A DNA stretch of 64,000 nt from Chiloscyllium plagiosum (taxonomy: Eukaryota), in the NCBI RefSeq assembly GCF_004010195.1, contig NC_057717.1:69451573-69515572 (forward strand), given 5' to 3'. Below the pieces are notes generated by a model. That model was not told the DNA's origin, made no database searches, and saw only the letters and a list, made by a program, of their open reading frames with translations. The position numbers and the translations under genes are program-made. Below are positions 24,129 through 36,769 of this stretch, piece after piece; the first letter of the stretch is position 1, and the number at the start of each line of letters is the position of its first letter.

Positions 24129-25260
24129 CTTTGGTGGGAATGAGCAGAAGCTACTGCAACATATGAATGGACACCACACAACAATTAACAGACAGGAGTG
24201 TTCCCTTCCAGACGGTGAACCCTTCAGTGGGCCAGGACATTCGACCTTGGATCTTCTTGTGATTGTCCTCCAAGGTGAACTTCGGGATGGGCACCAAAGC
24301 AAACTGGCCGAGCAGAGGCTTACATCCAAGTTCGGTACCTGTGAGGATGGCCTCAAACGGGACTTTGGTTTCAAGTCACACTACACACTGCACTACACAC
24401 ACACACACACACACACACACAAAGAAATTTGTCGGGTGAATTTGTACTTGAAGAATTACATTTTATTATTCTCAAAAACTACACGAATCTGTGTTAGATT
24501 CTTTCAGTCCTTTTTCAAGTCACACTACACACTGCACTACACGCACACGCACACACACAAAGAAATTTGTCGGGTGAATTTGTACTTGAAGAATTACATT
24601 TTATTATTCTCAAAAACTACACGAATCTGTGTTAGATTCTTTAAGTCCTTTTTCAAGTCACACTACACACTGCACTACACACACACACACACACACAAAG
24701 AAATTTGTCGGGTGAATTTGTACTTGAAGAATTGCATTTTATTATTCTCAAAAACTACATGAATCTGTGTTAGATTCTGTAAGTCCTTTTTCTAGATCAG
24801 AATCAGTCTGAACATTGTGTCACAGACAGTCTCACAGAGGACACCTCACAATTTAAATGCATTATCTGGGCCGACATTAGACTAATTGTTAAAGTTCACT
24901 TGAGAATGTAACTTTAAGAATGTTCTGTGATTTACATATGAAAGAACTGAAACCAACATGTTCATTCTAAAAGATGAGAAACTTATATTATATATTGAAC
25001 TGGATTGTCTTAATTTTCTCATCTTTAAAATGAACGTGTTGGTTTCAGTTCTTTCATATGTAAATCGCAGAACATTCTTAAAGTTACATTCACATGGTAA
25101 ATTTTTGCTGCAAATTCTGTGTCTTACAATCTTGTACTCAACAACCACCTGATGAAGGAACAGCGCTCCAAAACCTAGTGCTTCCAAATAAACCTGTTGA
25201 ACTATAACCTGGTATGGTGTAAGTTTTCACTTTCTAACCCCAGTCCAACACCGGCATCCT
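24129..25260 (+). mobile_element. Penelope-like element: GIY-YIG C-terminus, 3' region and decayed hammerhead
   Basis: QHMNGHHTTI...FSGPGHS...LAEQRLTSKFGT...GLKRDFGF; CACCTGATGAAGGAACAGCGCTCCAAAACCTAGTG at ~25146-25180. Confidence 0.75.
24370..24791 (+). repeat. Three tandem copies of a ~140-bp unit containing (CA)n
   Basis: TTCAAGTCACACTACACACTGCAC starts at ~24370, 24513 and 24652. Confidence 0.92.
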
Positions 25261-28200
25261 CAAAACATTATTTGAATAAAGGGATGTTATGCGAAGCATC
25301 ATTTGGGATCATTAACTAGACCATTAATTTCCACATCACTAGACAGAGTGTCGGGTGGAGTTTATTGATTTGGGATATCATTGAAATGAAAGTTTGAAAC
25401 ATTTCCCGTAAAGATCATATGAATTCCATCCTTCGAATTAAACAAAGTAGGAAGGGTGGATTTAGAGTAATCGAAATGTTTAATGACAGAGATGGATTAC
25501 TTCGCCCATCAGGCTTGTGACACGTAAAAACAGAACCTCCCAACCGACACCCACTTCATAGTATACTACCCGTAACTCTTCAGGTTTTAGCACATGAAGT
25601 ATATAGTGAAGCTCATTTTTAATGATATGAGTGTTCCTGCATCTACTATCCTTTCAGATTGTGAGTTTCCCGAATCTTCCCCGTGAGTTTGCTGTCTATC
25701 ACTTATGTCTATGCACCTTAGTTATCGAACTCGCCAACGCCTCCCCGCCTTCCCCAGCCAAGCTAAGGAGATTTTTCCCATCTATTTTATCCATGCATAA
25801 CATTTGAGTGTTTCTTAAGAAAAATATCCCTCAATCTCCTCTGCTCCAAATGAACAGCTCCAGGCGAACTAGAATTTCGTTATTAATGCTTTCTTCCAGT
25901 CTTAGCAGCATCCTCCGAGACTCATTCGAAAATACTTCCATTCTGACAGTAATGAAGTGATCAGATGAGTGTGTGTGCCCACGTGTATGTCTACATGGAT
26001 GTCGTAATTTTTGTTTCAATTGTCATTGTTCTTCTGTTTTGTTTCATTAATGTTAACTGAAATTGTATATACTATCACTTCACCAGCAACTGTGGAAATT
26101 ACTTGTATTCACGTCAAAATTTGATGGAAATAGTACAAACGGCAATGCGGAGCCATTACAGTCGGGATCATTGTGTAAGGTCAAATCCACTGTCCACACA
26201 GACATGATATCCAATGCTATTAAATACTGGCTATGGGAAAACTGTAGGCAGAAGAATATCATGATTCAAACAGTTGGTGCAGCCCTGAGAATCCTAATGG
26301 CCCGTTTCTAATCGTCGTTTCTCGAGTTATTTTAACTGATCTTGACTTACTTATTAAATTTAAGTTAACATGAAAATTAATGCACACATTGTCCCCAGAA
26401 ATGCTGACAACAATATCCCTTTTTTCAGCCAAGATCAGCAACATGAATTAAGAAAGTTTAAACAAAATATGTTTATTTTACTTAATACTGACAATACGGT
26501 TTTCACAAATGGCAAAGGAGAAGGTGTGGCGGCGTTCAGAGAGGGTATTCACTGTTCCCTGGTGTCTAATTACGTTTGTGAACAAGAGGTGTACTTGCCA
26601 AGTACATTCAGGATGGTTATGTAATTATTTCAGTAGACATTGTTCGCACAGAGATCTCCCATGAACCAGCAATGACATGGACAACTGATTTTGTGATGAT
26701 CTTTGGATCAAAATAAAATCGAACAATACAGGAAGGACAAGTCCCTTTCAATTCTTTGAAATAATATATGTGGACCTGGGAAGGCAGGAGGATCTCTAAT
26801 TTAAACACACGGGAAAATGTGAGGCACAGATCCACCGTTGGAAATCCAGGTGGTTGGAACTTCTTTCACTGGAGCGTAAGAGTTCGAGAGGTGACCTTGT
26901 ACAAGTTTGTAAAAGTCATGAGGGGTAAGGAAAATGGCAAACGTCTTTTCATAGGGTGGGGGATTTCAAGTGTAGAGAACATTTTTTAAGGTGAGAGGAG
27001 AAAAGTTTTAAAATGTTATCAGCGGCAACTTTTACACAGAGAGTGGTTCGTGTGAGGAATTATTTTCCGGAAGAAGAGTTATATATGAATTCAGTTATAA
27101 ATGTTAAAAGACTTTTAGTTAAATCCATGAATACGAGCTGTTTGGGAGGGTATGGGCCAATACCGGTGGGATTAGATTAGTTTGGGATTATGATTGCCCA
27201 TGGCCTTTTTGGACCGAAGGGTCTGTTTATCAGTGATTTCTCTCCATGACTCCATGAACAGCTATCTATCTGTTTTTTCTCAATTTCATAGAGTGCTGTA
27301 GTGATCCTCCAGTGAAATGGTGATTTTTCGCTTGTGACTGAGACTCTGTGAATATTTGTTTTAATGAGAGAAGGGACCAGTTCTCCAAGTTGCACAGCTG
27401 AAAATTAATATTTCCTGTATCATTGCTGCTGAGTAGATTTATTTATGTGGAGGCAGTGATTATGGTTTGACGTTGGCTTTCTGGCAATTGGTCAACAGTG
27501 AGACAAAATATCTTTGATCTCCTGCAGAGACTCCAGATGCTTCCGGTAAATGAAACTGGAAGCTCGAGAACCATTTCTGCAGTCAGCTTAATTGCTGCCA
27601 ACTAATGCATCTGGCAGATTAAAGGCAGTATGAATCAACTAAAACAAAATCTAACCAAACAAACTGTATTTTCCTGTTTACCCAAAATGGACACATTTCA
27701 CTTGGCATTTCTTCTTTAACAAGGATGGCCACTCAACTCAGCATTCACTATGTGACAATCAGAAAACAGGAAATTGACTGCATGACAGACATTTATATTA
27801 ATTCCGACTGAAGATCAGCCTAGTTAGTAAACCGTTTGTATTGAGGATTTTTAAAGCTCTTGAATATGACATTAATGGACCCAAACTCTCACATGGCACT
27901 AACATTTGTCATTTTCTCAATGTAAATTGACAAACTTGAATTGGCTTGAACTCGTATAACCTGTTGCACCATTCTCTGATTAATGCATCTCATTAAAACC
28001 GAATGGGCCATTTATACATAGTGAGCATCGGTGTCGTGTAATGCATAGTTTTCGCTGATTTCTACTCGTTGAACGTCCCGTGTCACAGTTACCAATGCGC
28101 GGATAAAGGTGCTGTTTATGACCTACATCCGTGGAAATTATTGATGTAATACTCTGTAACTTGCCAGACACTCCTGATGTACCCAAACAGTTACCTGCAA

Positions 28201-29192
28201 TGGTTTAGATGTTGAGAAATATTTACTAACATCTCACCAGCCTGCTCCACTTTATTAGATTCTCTTTCAAAGGTTGACCTGAGTGTTACGTATCACTATC
28301 AATCCACTTTTTATTTCTCGGGCACACAGCTTTCCTTTACAAGGCATTTTCAAATATCTATCTTATACACGGTTCACGTTAAAAAAAGATACAAGGAGAG
28401 AGATTCTGTAATATGGTGAGGTTCTTCTAATCTCCGTGTCCAAACAGTGTAGTGACATGCACATACATTCTTAACATATTCATTTTAGACATGCTCGATA
28501 TTCGCTTGCCTGAACTGAATTTAGAAAGGCCAAATACAAATGATAGCTTATTTTGTAATTTGAGAGAAACTTGGAGTGGTTAGAGAAATAAAGTCACTAA
28601 TTGTATTGTCTGACAATGGTATTGAACTTCGTTTTAGCTTTTTCTGCTTGTGGTTGAATGTAGAATTCAAGGGAGTTAATTTCCAATTGAATATTCTATA
28701 CATAATCATTTTGAACACGCTTTATATTCAGTTGCATAAAGTGAATTTAGAAACATCTGGTATGATTTACAAGTTATTTTGTAGTGTGGCGGAGACTTGG
28801 AGTGTCCAGGAAAAAGTATGGCCAGTTAATTATTTGGCTGATAATATCTTCGAACTTTGATTTTAGTTTTGCTTACTCGTGAATGCATGTAAAAATACAG
28901 AGAGCCAACTTCCAATTGAATTTGTTTTGTTGTTTTAAACAAAATATCTGAAAACTTCATCTGAAAATAATTCAAGCTGTTAAATTTCACTTTCCCCATT
29001 CAAAAAATACTTCGTAGCAGGCTAATCAGCAAAACAATATCCCAAGATGTGTATATGTCCACGTTTAACAATAATCTCATGTAAATATGAACCTATCTGT
29101 AAGGGCTGTGCAAGGTGCTACGAGGATCCAGTCTCAGCCTCCAGCAGGAAACCAACAGGCGGAACCTGTAAACCTGCCCCTTCTGATGATCA

Positions 29193-29199
29193 TATAAAT
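29193..29199 (+). promoter_or_regulatory. TATA box of VH promoter
   Basis: TATAAAT ~90 bp upstream of the leader ATG. No ATGCAAAT octamer seen nearby, consistent with shark IgH promoters. Confidence 0.55.
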
Positions 29200-29283
29200 C
29201 CGGGTCACTGTGCTTTCGTTCAACACTCCTGGATTTGGTTTGTTTAGAAAGCTCTTGACAGAACCGTTTTACAAGTTATCACA

Positions 29284-29332
29284 ATGATTAAGTCGACATT
29301 TTTTCTCAGTTTGTTACTGACGTTCTTATCAT
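29284..29332 (+). CDS. IGHV: IgM VH leader exon ([16 protein letters not shown])
   Basis: ATG 29284, hydrophobic signal peptide, phase-1 donor GTGAGT at 29333, 127-bp intron ending in AG at 29458-29459. Confidence 0.92.
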
Positions 29333-29459
29333 GTGAGTGTTTTTTTATTCATGTCTCTCTTTGTTACTGTCTCAATGTTAGTCTGCCTCAGAAATGTAAA
29401 AGACTCAGGCATCATTGTATCAGCATTATTCTCATGGGTTCTTTTTTTTATTTTTAAAG

Positions 29460-29764
29460 GTGTCCAGTCGGAGATTGTTTTAACTCAACTAGAGGCAGAG
29501 AGTGGCCATCCCGGAGCCACCCTGAAACTGACCTGTAAAACCAGCGGCTTCGATCTTACCAGTTACTGGATGCACTGCGTCCAACAGGTTCCCGGACAGG
29601 GGCTGGAGTGGCTGCTTAATTACAAAAGTTCATCCAGCAGTAACTATGCCCCAGCGATTAAGAATCGATTTATTGCGTCCAAAGACACTTCAAACAACAT
29701 ATTCGCGTTGGAGATGAAGAGCATGAAGATCGAAGACACCGCCATCTATTCCTGTGCAAGATAC
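29460..29764 (+). CDS. IGHV: Shark IgM-type VH exon, germline and unrearranged; open frame but W41C and YYC>YSC
   Basis: [51 protein letters not shown]...[39 protein letters not shown]; typical elasmobranch IgM VH framework. Confidence 0.95.
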
Positions 29765-29803
29765 CACAGCGAGAGGAACCAGGGCTGGACCCTTTCAAAA
29801 AAC
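29765..29803 (+). other. VH 23-RSS
   Basis: Heptamer CACAGCG (29765-29771), 23-bp spacer, nonamer TCAAAAAAC (29795-29803). Confidence 0.88.
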
Positions 29804-30163
29804 AGCTCAAGGGGATATTTTACCAATTTCATCGTTAACTGAGGGTCAGTGCCCGTTTTAAATTCAGTTCAACCAACTGCGATCTGAAGCACACCTCGGG
29901 CTGCCTTTTACAACCCTATCATAGAGGAAACATACCATTGAAACTAAAAAACTGGGTGATATCATGGGACAATGTTTTTGGCATGTCGTATGTACTGCTT
30001 ACTCTTCCACCAATTAAATGCTTGGACATGATGTTAGTTTTAATGTATCTCACAGTTCGGGAAATGACTGCTAAACGTGTTCTGTAAACCATGACGTTAA
30101 TTCTAAACACTGTCAGCACTAAATGTCTATTTCTCATGAAAATTGATACCCAGAGTGTCTTCC

Positions 30164-30243
30164 AGAAAATGTACGGGTCTAACTCGCTGTGATACTACAG
30201 TGGGTCACAGTGATGCCGATAGTGACATCCTCATACAAAAACC
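30164..30243 (+). other. IGHD: IgM D1 segment (ATACTACAGTGGGT, 30192-30205) with 5' 12-RSS and 3' 22-RSS
   Basis: 5' side: degenerate nonamer AGAAAATGT, 12 bp, CGCTGTG. 3' side: CACAGTG (30206-30212), 22 bp, ACAAAAACC (30235-30243). Core and 12/22 arrangement match shark IgM D1. Confidence 0.92.
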
Positions 30244-31937
30244 ACTGACAAGGGTTTGTCGCAAGTTGGTGATGACTAAAACTGAAGGAGAATGTGAAAA
30301 CTCCATGCAGACAGATGCCCGAGGCGGGAGTTGAACCTGGATCCACCGGCACTGTGAGGCAACAGTGCGAACCACTGAGCCACCGTGCCACCCCCTTAAT
30401 GTGCCTGTCCATGCTTTCCGACAGTTGAAGAATTCACAAATTTAGAGAAGACAGGAACTGGAGGGTAGTAGAGCACATTGTTTATTTAGGCACGGAGAAT
30501 AGAGTAAGATTAATTTCAATTAACATACTGGCGCGATTTTTGGAATGTAGCAATCTGAATGAGATTGCTCACATTAGTTAAGTGTTGATGACCATTTATT
30601 TCGACATCAGTTAAAGCGGGGAATGCAGACAGAAACTGTTTTCAATTCATACATTTTTTTTAAATCGTTGTTTAGAAAGAGGAATCAAGGAAAATAACTT
30701 GCCATTGCTAAGCACATCTGAGAGTAAATACTTGCCCTAATGTATCCAACAGAGATGCATTCACACAATGGAATGTATTGGTTTTGAGCAGTGCGTGCAA
30801 CATTTCCAAAGTTCAAAAAATATTTTAAGTATATGCAGAAATAATTTAGAGAATATTCTATTTCCGCCGGAACTGTGCTTGTATTGGTGAAATGGTACAC
30901 CACAATAATTTTCTTATTTACAAGCACGATTAAGTTTATTAAACCAGTAGGTAATCTTACTTCACTGTGAAAACGTTCTGAGAAGCATTGATGTTTTCTC
31001 TCTGGCTAGTCTCTATTATGAAAGTTAAATTACAGTGAATACATTTGATGTGACGAATTGAGCAGATATATCTTCTCAGATCATTACTGTTGTACAATGA
31101 GTTCCCGTGTTATCTCGACCGAGTTGTCAGCTGTTCCTGACCAGTTGTAAATCGACCGGTTCGGACACCTGAATCTCAGACAGTTCAATTTCATGTGGTG
31201 CTTCAAAACCACTTTTGTCTGCCAGATATTAGGCGCCACAGAATTGAAAGACCTGACTGAATTGTTACAATCAGATTAAACACTTCAGTAACCAAAGTCA
31301 TATTGTAAGACCCCTGAAGTCAGTTGTTAGCAATGAACGATATATCATTCAGTGAGACAGAGAGAAATATGCTGCATATTTTCTTTGTGACTCTCTTGTC
31401 AGTGACACATTTAGTGGCACAAGGTAGAATAAAATTATTAATAACTTATTGTCAGCATGTAATGTTACTGGTAAAGGTGATGTTACACTTCAAAAATTTC
31501 TAATCTATTTCAACCTAAGCAGACCATCTGGTGCAGCAACATACACAGGGTTAAAGGGAAGGGAGTTGTCAGTTGAAATCCAGTGACAGTAAATTTATGG
31601 CAGCGCAAATCCTAGTTTTATTCCTCTACAGTTCCCATAGAGCTTGAAAACTCGGAATTGCTATCAAAGCATTCTTGGATAATTTTTGAAATGCTACTTT
31701 CATCGTTTAAGCATTTTATAACAATCCCTGGTTGCTGAAATCCTTGGTTAATTATTAACAAATTTGTGCACTCTCAAACCGGTGGTCTGTGTTGTCGGAG
31801 ATTATGTTCCGATCTGGTATAATGTTGTGGCAGTGAGTCTGACTCTGAGGCAGATGGTTTGTGTACATTTACAACCTGTTAGAGAGGAATGTAATACCAT
31901 GTCTTATCCGGTTAATTCGGGCGAAAACACATTGAGT

Positions 31938-32496
31938 TTTTTCATTAGCAGAGGGATTGAATTCAAGAGTCGTGAAGTGATGTTGCAACTGGTCAGGACT
32001 TTGGTTAGGCCACATTTGGAGTACTGTGTGCAGTTCTGGTCGCCTCACTTCAGGAAAGTTGTGGAAGCTTTGGAGAGGGTGGAGAGAAGATTTACCAGGA
32101 TGTTGCCTCGAATGGAGAATAGGTCGTACGAGGATAGGTTGAGAGTGCTAGGCCTTTTCTCATTGGAACGGCGAAAGATGAGGGGTGACTTGATAGAGGT
32201 TTATAAGATGATCAGAGGAATAGATAGAGTAGACAGTCAGAAACTTTTTCCCCGGGTACAACAGAGTGTTACAAGGGGACATAAATTTAAGGTGAAGGAT
32301 GGCAGGTATAGGGGAGATGTCAGGGGTGGGTTGGAATGCGCTGCCTGTGGGAGTGGTAGAGTCAGAATCTTTGGTGACCTTTAAGCGGCAATTGGATAAG
32401 TACATGGATGGGTGCTTAAACTAGGACAAATGTTCGGCACAACATCGTGGGACGAAGGGCCTGTTCTGTGCTGTATTGTTCTATGTTCTATGTTCT
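31938..32496 (+). mobile_element. 5'-truncated CR1, present only in the + IgM copy
   Basis: FISRGIEFKSREVMLQL...LEYCVQFWSP; (CTATGTT)n tail; empty site CATTGAGTTCTTTGAGTAC at ~60685-60703 in the paralog. Confidence 0.92.
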
Positions 32497-35400
32497 TTGA
32501 GTACTATTGGAAGTCCACTCACAGAGGCCTGTGAAATCGATTTAATCGCTGTCCAGACTTGGGCCTCAGGTATTAGACAGACTGTTGGCAGTTTGCAGCC
32601 TTTTTCAAATCAATATTTGTTCACTAGCTTTTGGGAATTGTGAACTGGGTTAATCGTGTAACTCGAGGAGATAGTGAGGACTGCAGATGCTGGAGATCAG
32701 AGCTGAAAATGTGTTGCTGGAAAAGCGCAGCAGGTCAGGCAGCATCCAAGGAACAGGAGAATCGACGTTACGGCACAAGTCCTTCTTCAGGAATCTCCTG
32801 AAATCCTCAAAGAAATCCGGGACTTTGACTTGCTGTTATATCAATACCATTTATAACTAACCCACAATTAATTATTCCCAAAGCATATTTGATGACATTA
32901 AGTTGGAGCAGTTTTCGTTCGTATCAAACCATTACTGTGAGTGAATTTGACTGTTCAGTCCGGTGGGAGTTTGGTTGAATCCAACACTTTGGTGGTAGCT
33001 TTTCAACTAGTCTTCAACTGATATCTCAGATCATCCAGTACATCTTCTTATAATGCTTTTCCATCAGAAGTTAGGTAAACTTAATCACCGTCTAACTCAA
33101 TCGGAATGAGTTCTCGTTCGAGAAAATATGAAAACAATTTGCTGAAGGCGGATCACTGCACTTGAAATGATAAGCTTCCTTTCTCTGCACAGGAACTGCC
33201 AGACCTGCCGCTTTTCTTCAGAGAATTCTGTTTTTATTTCGGGTTTCTAGCATTCAAGGTTTGTTGTTTCATTTAAAAAAATAAGTCCTTTATATGAAAC
33301 AAGTTGTTCAGAGAGAAAATATATTTTACCAAATTGTGAATTGTCAGAAATATTTAATACCAGGTCATCGTTGAAAGTGAGTGATCTCATGTAGAGCCAT
33401 AATTTCAGAAGAAACTGTATGATGAAGTAACAACCTGTTCCAGAGGGCAATGGCTGCTGTATAGAATTATAGAATCTCTGCAGTGTAGAAACAAGCCATT
33501 TTTCTCAACAAGTCCATACCTACTCTTTGAAGAGTAACCCACCCAGACACATTCCCCTACCCTATAGATCATACATTTAACTCTAATGAATACATCTAAA
33601 TGACATATCCCTGAACACCACGTGCAATTTAGCATGGCCAATTCATCTGACCTTCGCATCTTTGGAGTGTACTTAGGCGGGAGTTATCCTGACCACTCAA
33701 ATAGTGAATGTCGATGCTCCTGTTCCAAATAATCAACAGGAATATTTAAAGAATATTTTCAACAATTAATTCGTTGAAATATTTTAGTAAATGGTGTTCA
33801 GCATCTTTGCTAGCTGAATTCATGACACAATGATAGGAAGGTATGATCAGGAGTAAAACACTCAGCCCCTCGAGCTATTCCACCACTCACTTAAAACATG
33901 GTACATCTGCGAGATAACCTTTGACTAAAAATCTTTAATACATCTGATTAACAAGCAATAACTATCCCCGATTTAATGATTCAACTGCACATAACAGAGG
34001 GAGACACCATTTCTGAAAGGCATTTGTGTAAGTATGTAATGTGACACAATGAGGCTGTAATTAATTGCTCGTGAAAATAAGTTTTAAGTTTCTGACAATT
34101 TCCAACTCAATCATCCCAATCGTCAGATCCCTTTAATTTAACATTATTTTTCTTTATTCCAGGGAAGTATAATGTGTGATTGCCGTGCTAAAAATGAGGA
34201 AAGCTTCTTGCCCATTAAATTAATAAGAAGTAATTCACTGGAAATACAATCAAACGACACACAACGAAACTATGAAGCACATCATCTTTGTGTGGACACG
34301 CAAGCGCCAGAATAATCTTCATTTTTTCAAGTAGTTATTTGCATCTGTAGATAGGCGTGGAAATGTTAGGCATTTTATATCTCCTTGAGAGATCAGTTGA
34401 CTTTGGCCTCCTTGGCTTTCCGACATTTGTGTGGTATTAACATTTTCACAGCTCTGTCAGGAAGTGAGTTCCAAGGCTGTGATACAGAAAGAGTAAAGGG
34501 GCAATGAAAGAATTGCAAGTCAAAATGTAGTAATGTTTGGAGGAACAGTCAACAGTCTTACCCACACACGATAAGATTGAACCCTTTTGTGTACTGTTCA
34601 ACTAAAGAATGAACCTTTGGATTTCACTGTCACAGAAAGGGTTTGAGGTCAAAACAAAAAATGATTTCAAGAAGGTGATAGTTTTTTCAAGCGTTGAAGG
34701 AAACAATAGGTATGTGGGGAAAAAAAGTTGATCCGTGTACAATATTAATTGAAAATTGTGAAAAATTTGAATGGGGCATAGTTTTTAAGTTTTCACATAA
34801 CAGCAAAATTGGTTCTATAATTGACAATAAAAGTTATCTAAAAGTACAACGAGATCATGATCAGCTGGGCCAATGGGCAGAGAAGGGGCAGATAGAGTTC
34901 AGTTTCAACTGAATATGACTCATTGCATTTTGGGAACAGAAATCACTTAAAGTGAATGATAGTGCACTGGGTCGTGATGTCGAACAGAAGCACCTGGGGA
35001 TTCAGATACATAGATTCGTACAGAGTTAATGATATGGCAATGGGTAGTTTTGTCGAACATAGGGACCTGAGGCATCAGTTACATATATTCTTGAAAGTGG
35101 TGTCTCAAGTAGCTGGCGTGTTCAAGATTGAGTTTGCAAAATGTGTTCTCATTGCACAGAGCATTGAGAATAAAGGTTTAGAGTTTGTGTTGCAACTGTA
35201 CCTGACATTGGAATGAACTGCCGGAGGAAGTGGCAAATGCATACCCAGTTACAAAATTTCCAAGACATTTGGACAGGTACGGGAATTGAATACATCTGGA
35301 TAGATATGGGCCAAATACCGGCTAATAGAATTTGTTTCGTTTGGGAACCCTGGTTGTCATGGACGAGCTGGGACGAATGGACTGTTTCTGTGTTGTATGA

Positions 35401-35543
35401 CTCTCTAAATTTCTGACTTTATGGTGGAGTTGGCTGAAAGTTGGAAGGTGAGGAGAAAGTGAGGTCTGCAGATGCTGGAGATCAGAGATGGAAATGTGTT
35501 GCTGGAAAAGCGCAGCAGGTCAGGCAGCATCTAGGGAACAGGA

Positions 35544-35580
35544 GAATCGACGTTTCGGGCATTAGCCCTTCTTCAGGAAT
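35544..35580 (-). ncRNA. Minimal hammerhead motif in the PLE 3' terminal repeat
   Basis: ATTC-CTGAAGA-A-GGGC(TAAT)GCCC-GAAA-C-GTC-GATTC, downstream of the GIY-YIG coding region. Confidence 0.7.
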
Positions 35581-36141
35581 GAGGAAAGTTGGTCCAGAAG
35601 GCTAAGATAAAATAGAGGGAGGAGGGACTTGGGGGAGGGGCGTCGGAAATGAGATAGGTGGAAAGAGGTCAAGGTGAGGGTGATAGGTCAGACTGGGATG
35701 GGGGCGGAGAGGTCGGGAAGAAGATTGCAGGTTAGGAAGGCGGTGCTGAATTTGATGGATTTGACTGAGACAGGCTGGGGGAGGGGAACTGAGGAAACTG
35801 GTGAAATCCAGTTCATCCCTTGTGGTTGGAGGGTTCCTAGCCGGAAGATGAGGCGTTCTTCCTCCAACCGTCGTTTCGCTGTGGTCTGACGATGGAGGAG
35901 TCCAAAGACCTGCATACCCTTGGTGGAGTGGGAGGGGGAATTGAAATGTTGAGCCACAGGGTGGTTGGGTTGGTTGGTCCGGGTGTCCCAGAGGTGTCCT
36001 CTGAAACACTCCGCAAGTAGGCGGCCTGTCTCCCCAATATAGAGGAGGCCACATCGGGTACAGAGGATGCAATAGATGATATGTGTGGAGGTGCAGGTGA
36101 ATCTGTGGCAGATATGGAAGTTTCCTTTGGGGCCTTGGAGG

Positions 36142-36549
36142 GAGGGGAGGTGTAGTCCAGGTAGCTGTGGGTACAGGGGGCAAGATGGGAGGAGGTGTAG
36201 TCCAGGTAGCTGTGGGTACAGGGGGCAAGATGGGAGGAGGTGTAGTCCAGGTAGCTGTGGGTACAGGGGGCAAGATGGGAGGAGGTGTAGTCCAGGTAGC
36301 TGTGGGTACAGGGGGCAAGATGGGAGGAGGTGTAGTCCAGGTAGCTGTGGGTACAGGGGGCAAGATGGGAGGAGGTGTAGTCCAGGTAGCTGTGGGTACA
36401 GGGGGCAAGATGGGAGGAGGTGTAGTCCAGGTAGCTGTGGGTACAGGGGGGCAGGATGGAGGAGGTGTAATCCAGGTAGCTGTGGGTACAGGGGGCAAGA
36501 TGGGAGGAGGTGTAGTCCAGGTAGCTGTGGGTACAGGGGGCAGGATGGG
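36142..36549 (+). repeat. 45-bp minisatellite, about 9 copies
   Basis: Unit GGGAGGAGGTGTAGTCCAGGTAGCTGTGGGTACAGGGGGCAAGAT. Confidence 0.97.
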
Positions 36550-36769
36550 AGTTGGAAGGTGGTGATCCAGTGAGGAGGTAGGTTGGTGATGTGGTAGACT
36601 TTGAGCTGATAGGCCGTGAGGTGTTGGGTGGCTGCTGGGTGAGCTTGCATGCACCTAGTCTGGCAGGGTGGCATCAAAGCAAATCATAATGGTCACAAGG
36701 AAATAAGTTGGTCACATTGTGCTTGGAATGTGAATGGTCGTTTGAGCAGCAATGCATGGTGTCTCCCTG

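Larger units (their letters stand above)
35451..36549 (-). mobile_element. 5'-truncated Penelope-like retroelement (GIY-YIG endonuclease), specific to the + copy, 12-bp TSD
   Basis: FTCTSTHIIYCILCTRCGLLYIGETGR...HPVAQHFN...EERLIFRLGTLQPQGMN; TSD AGTTGGAAGGTG at 35439-35450 and 36550-36561; empty site at ~57730-57750. Confidence 0.92.

Noticed and set aside
29333-29842. 169-aa single-exon ORF as the V gene product
   Set aside because: It reads through the leader intron and the RSS; the real structure is a leader exon plus a V exon.
30192-30300. Germline-joined VD or VDJ gene
   Set aside because: V and D1 retain their RSSs and intervening DNA, and the downstream deletion is not at a heptamer.
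36142-36549. Possible CRISPR-like array
   Set aside because: Units are contiguous with no unique spacers, and the context is a vertebrate genome.
35602-36677. Long Pro/Thr-rich or Gly-rich repeat ORFs (350, 329, 165 and 132 aa) suggesting a mucin-like protein
   Set aside because: They result from a stop-free 45-bp minisatellite inside a PLE insertion; only the GIY-YIG part is genuine coding relic.
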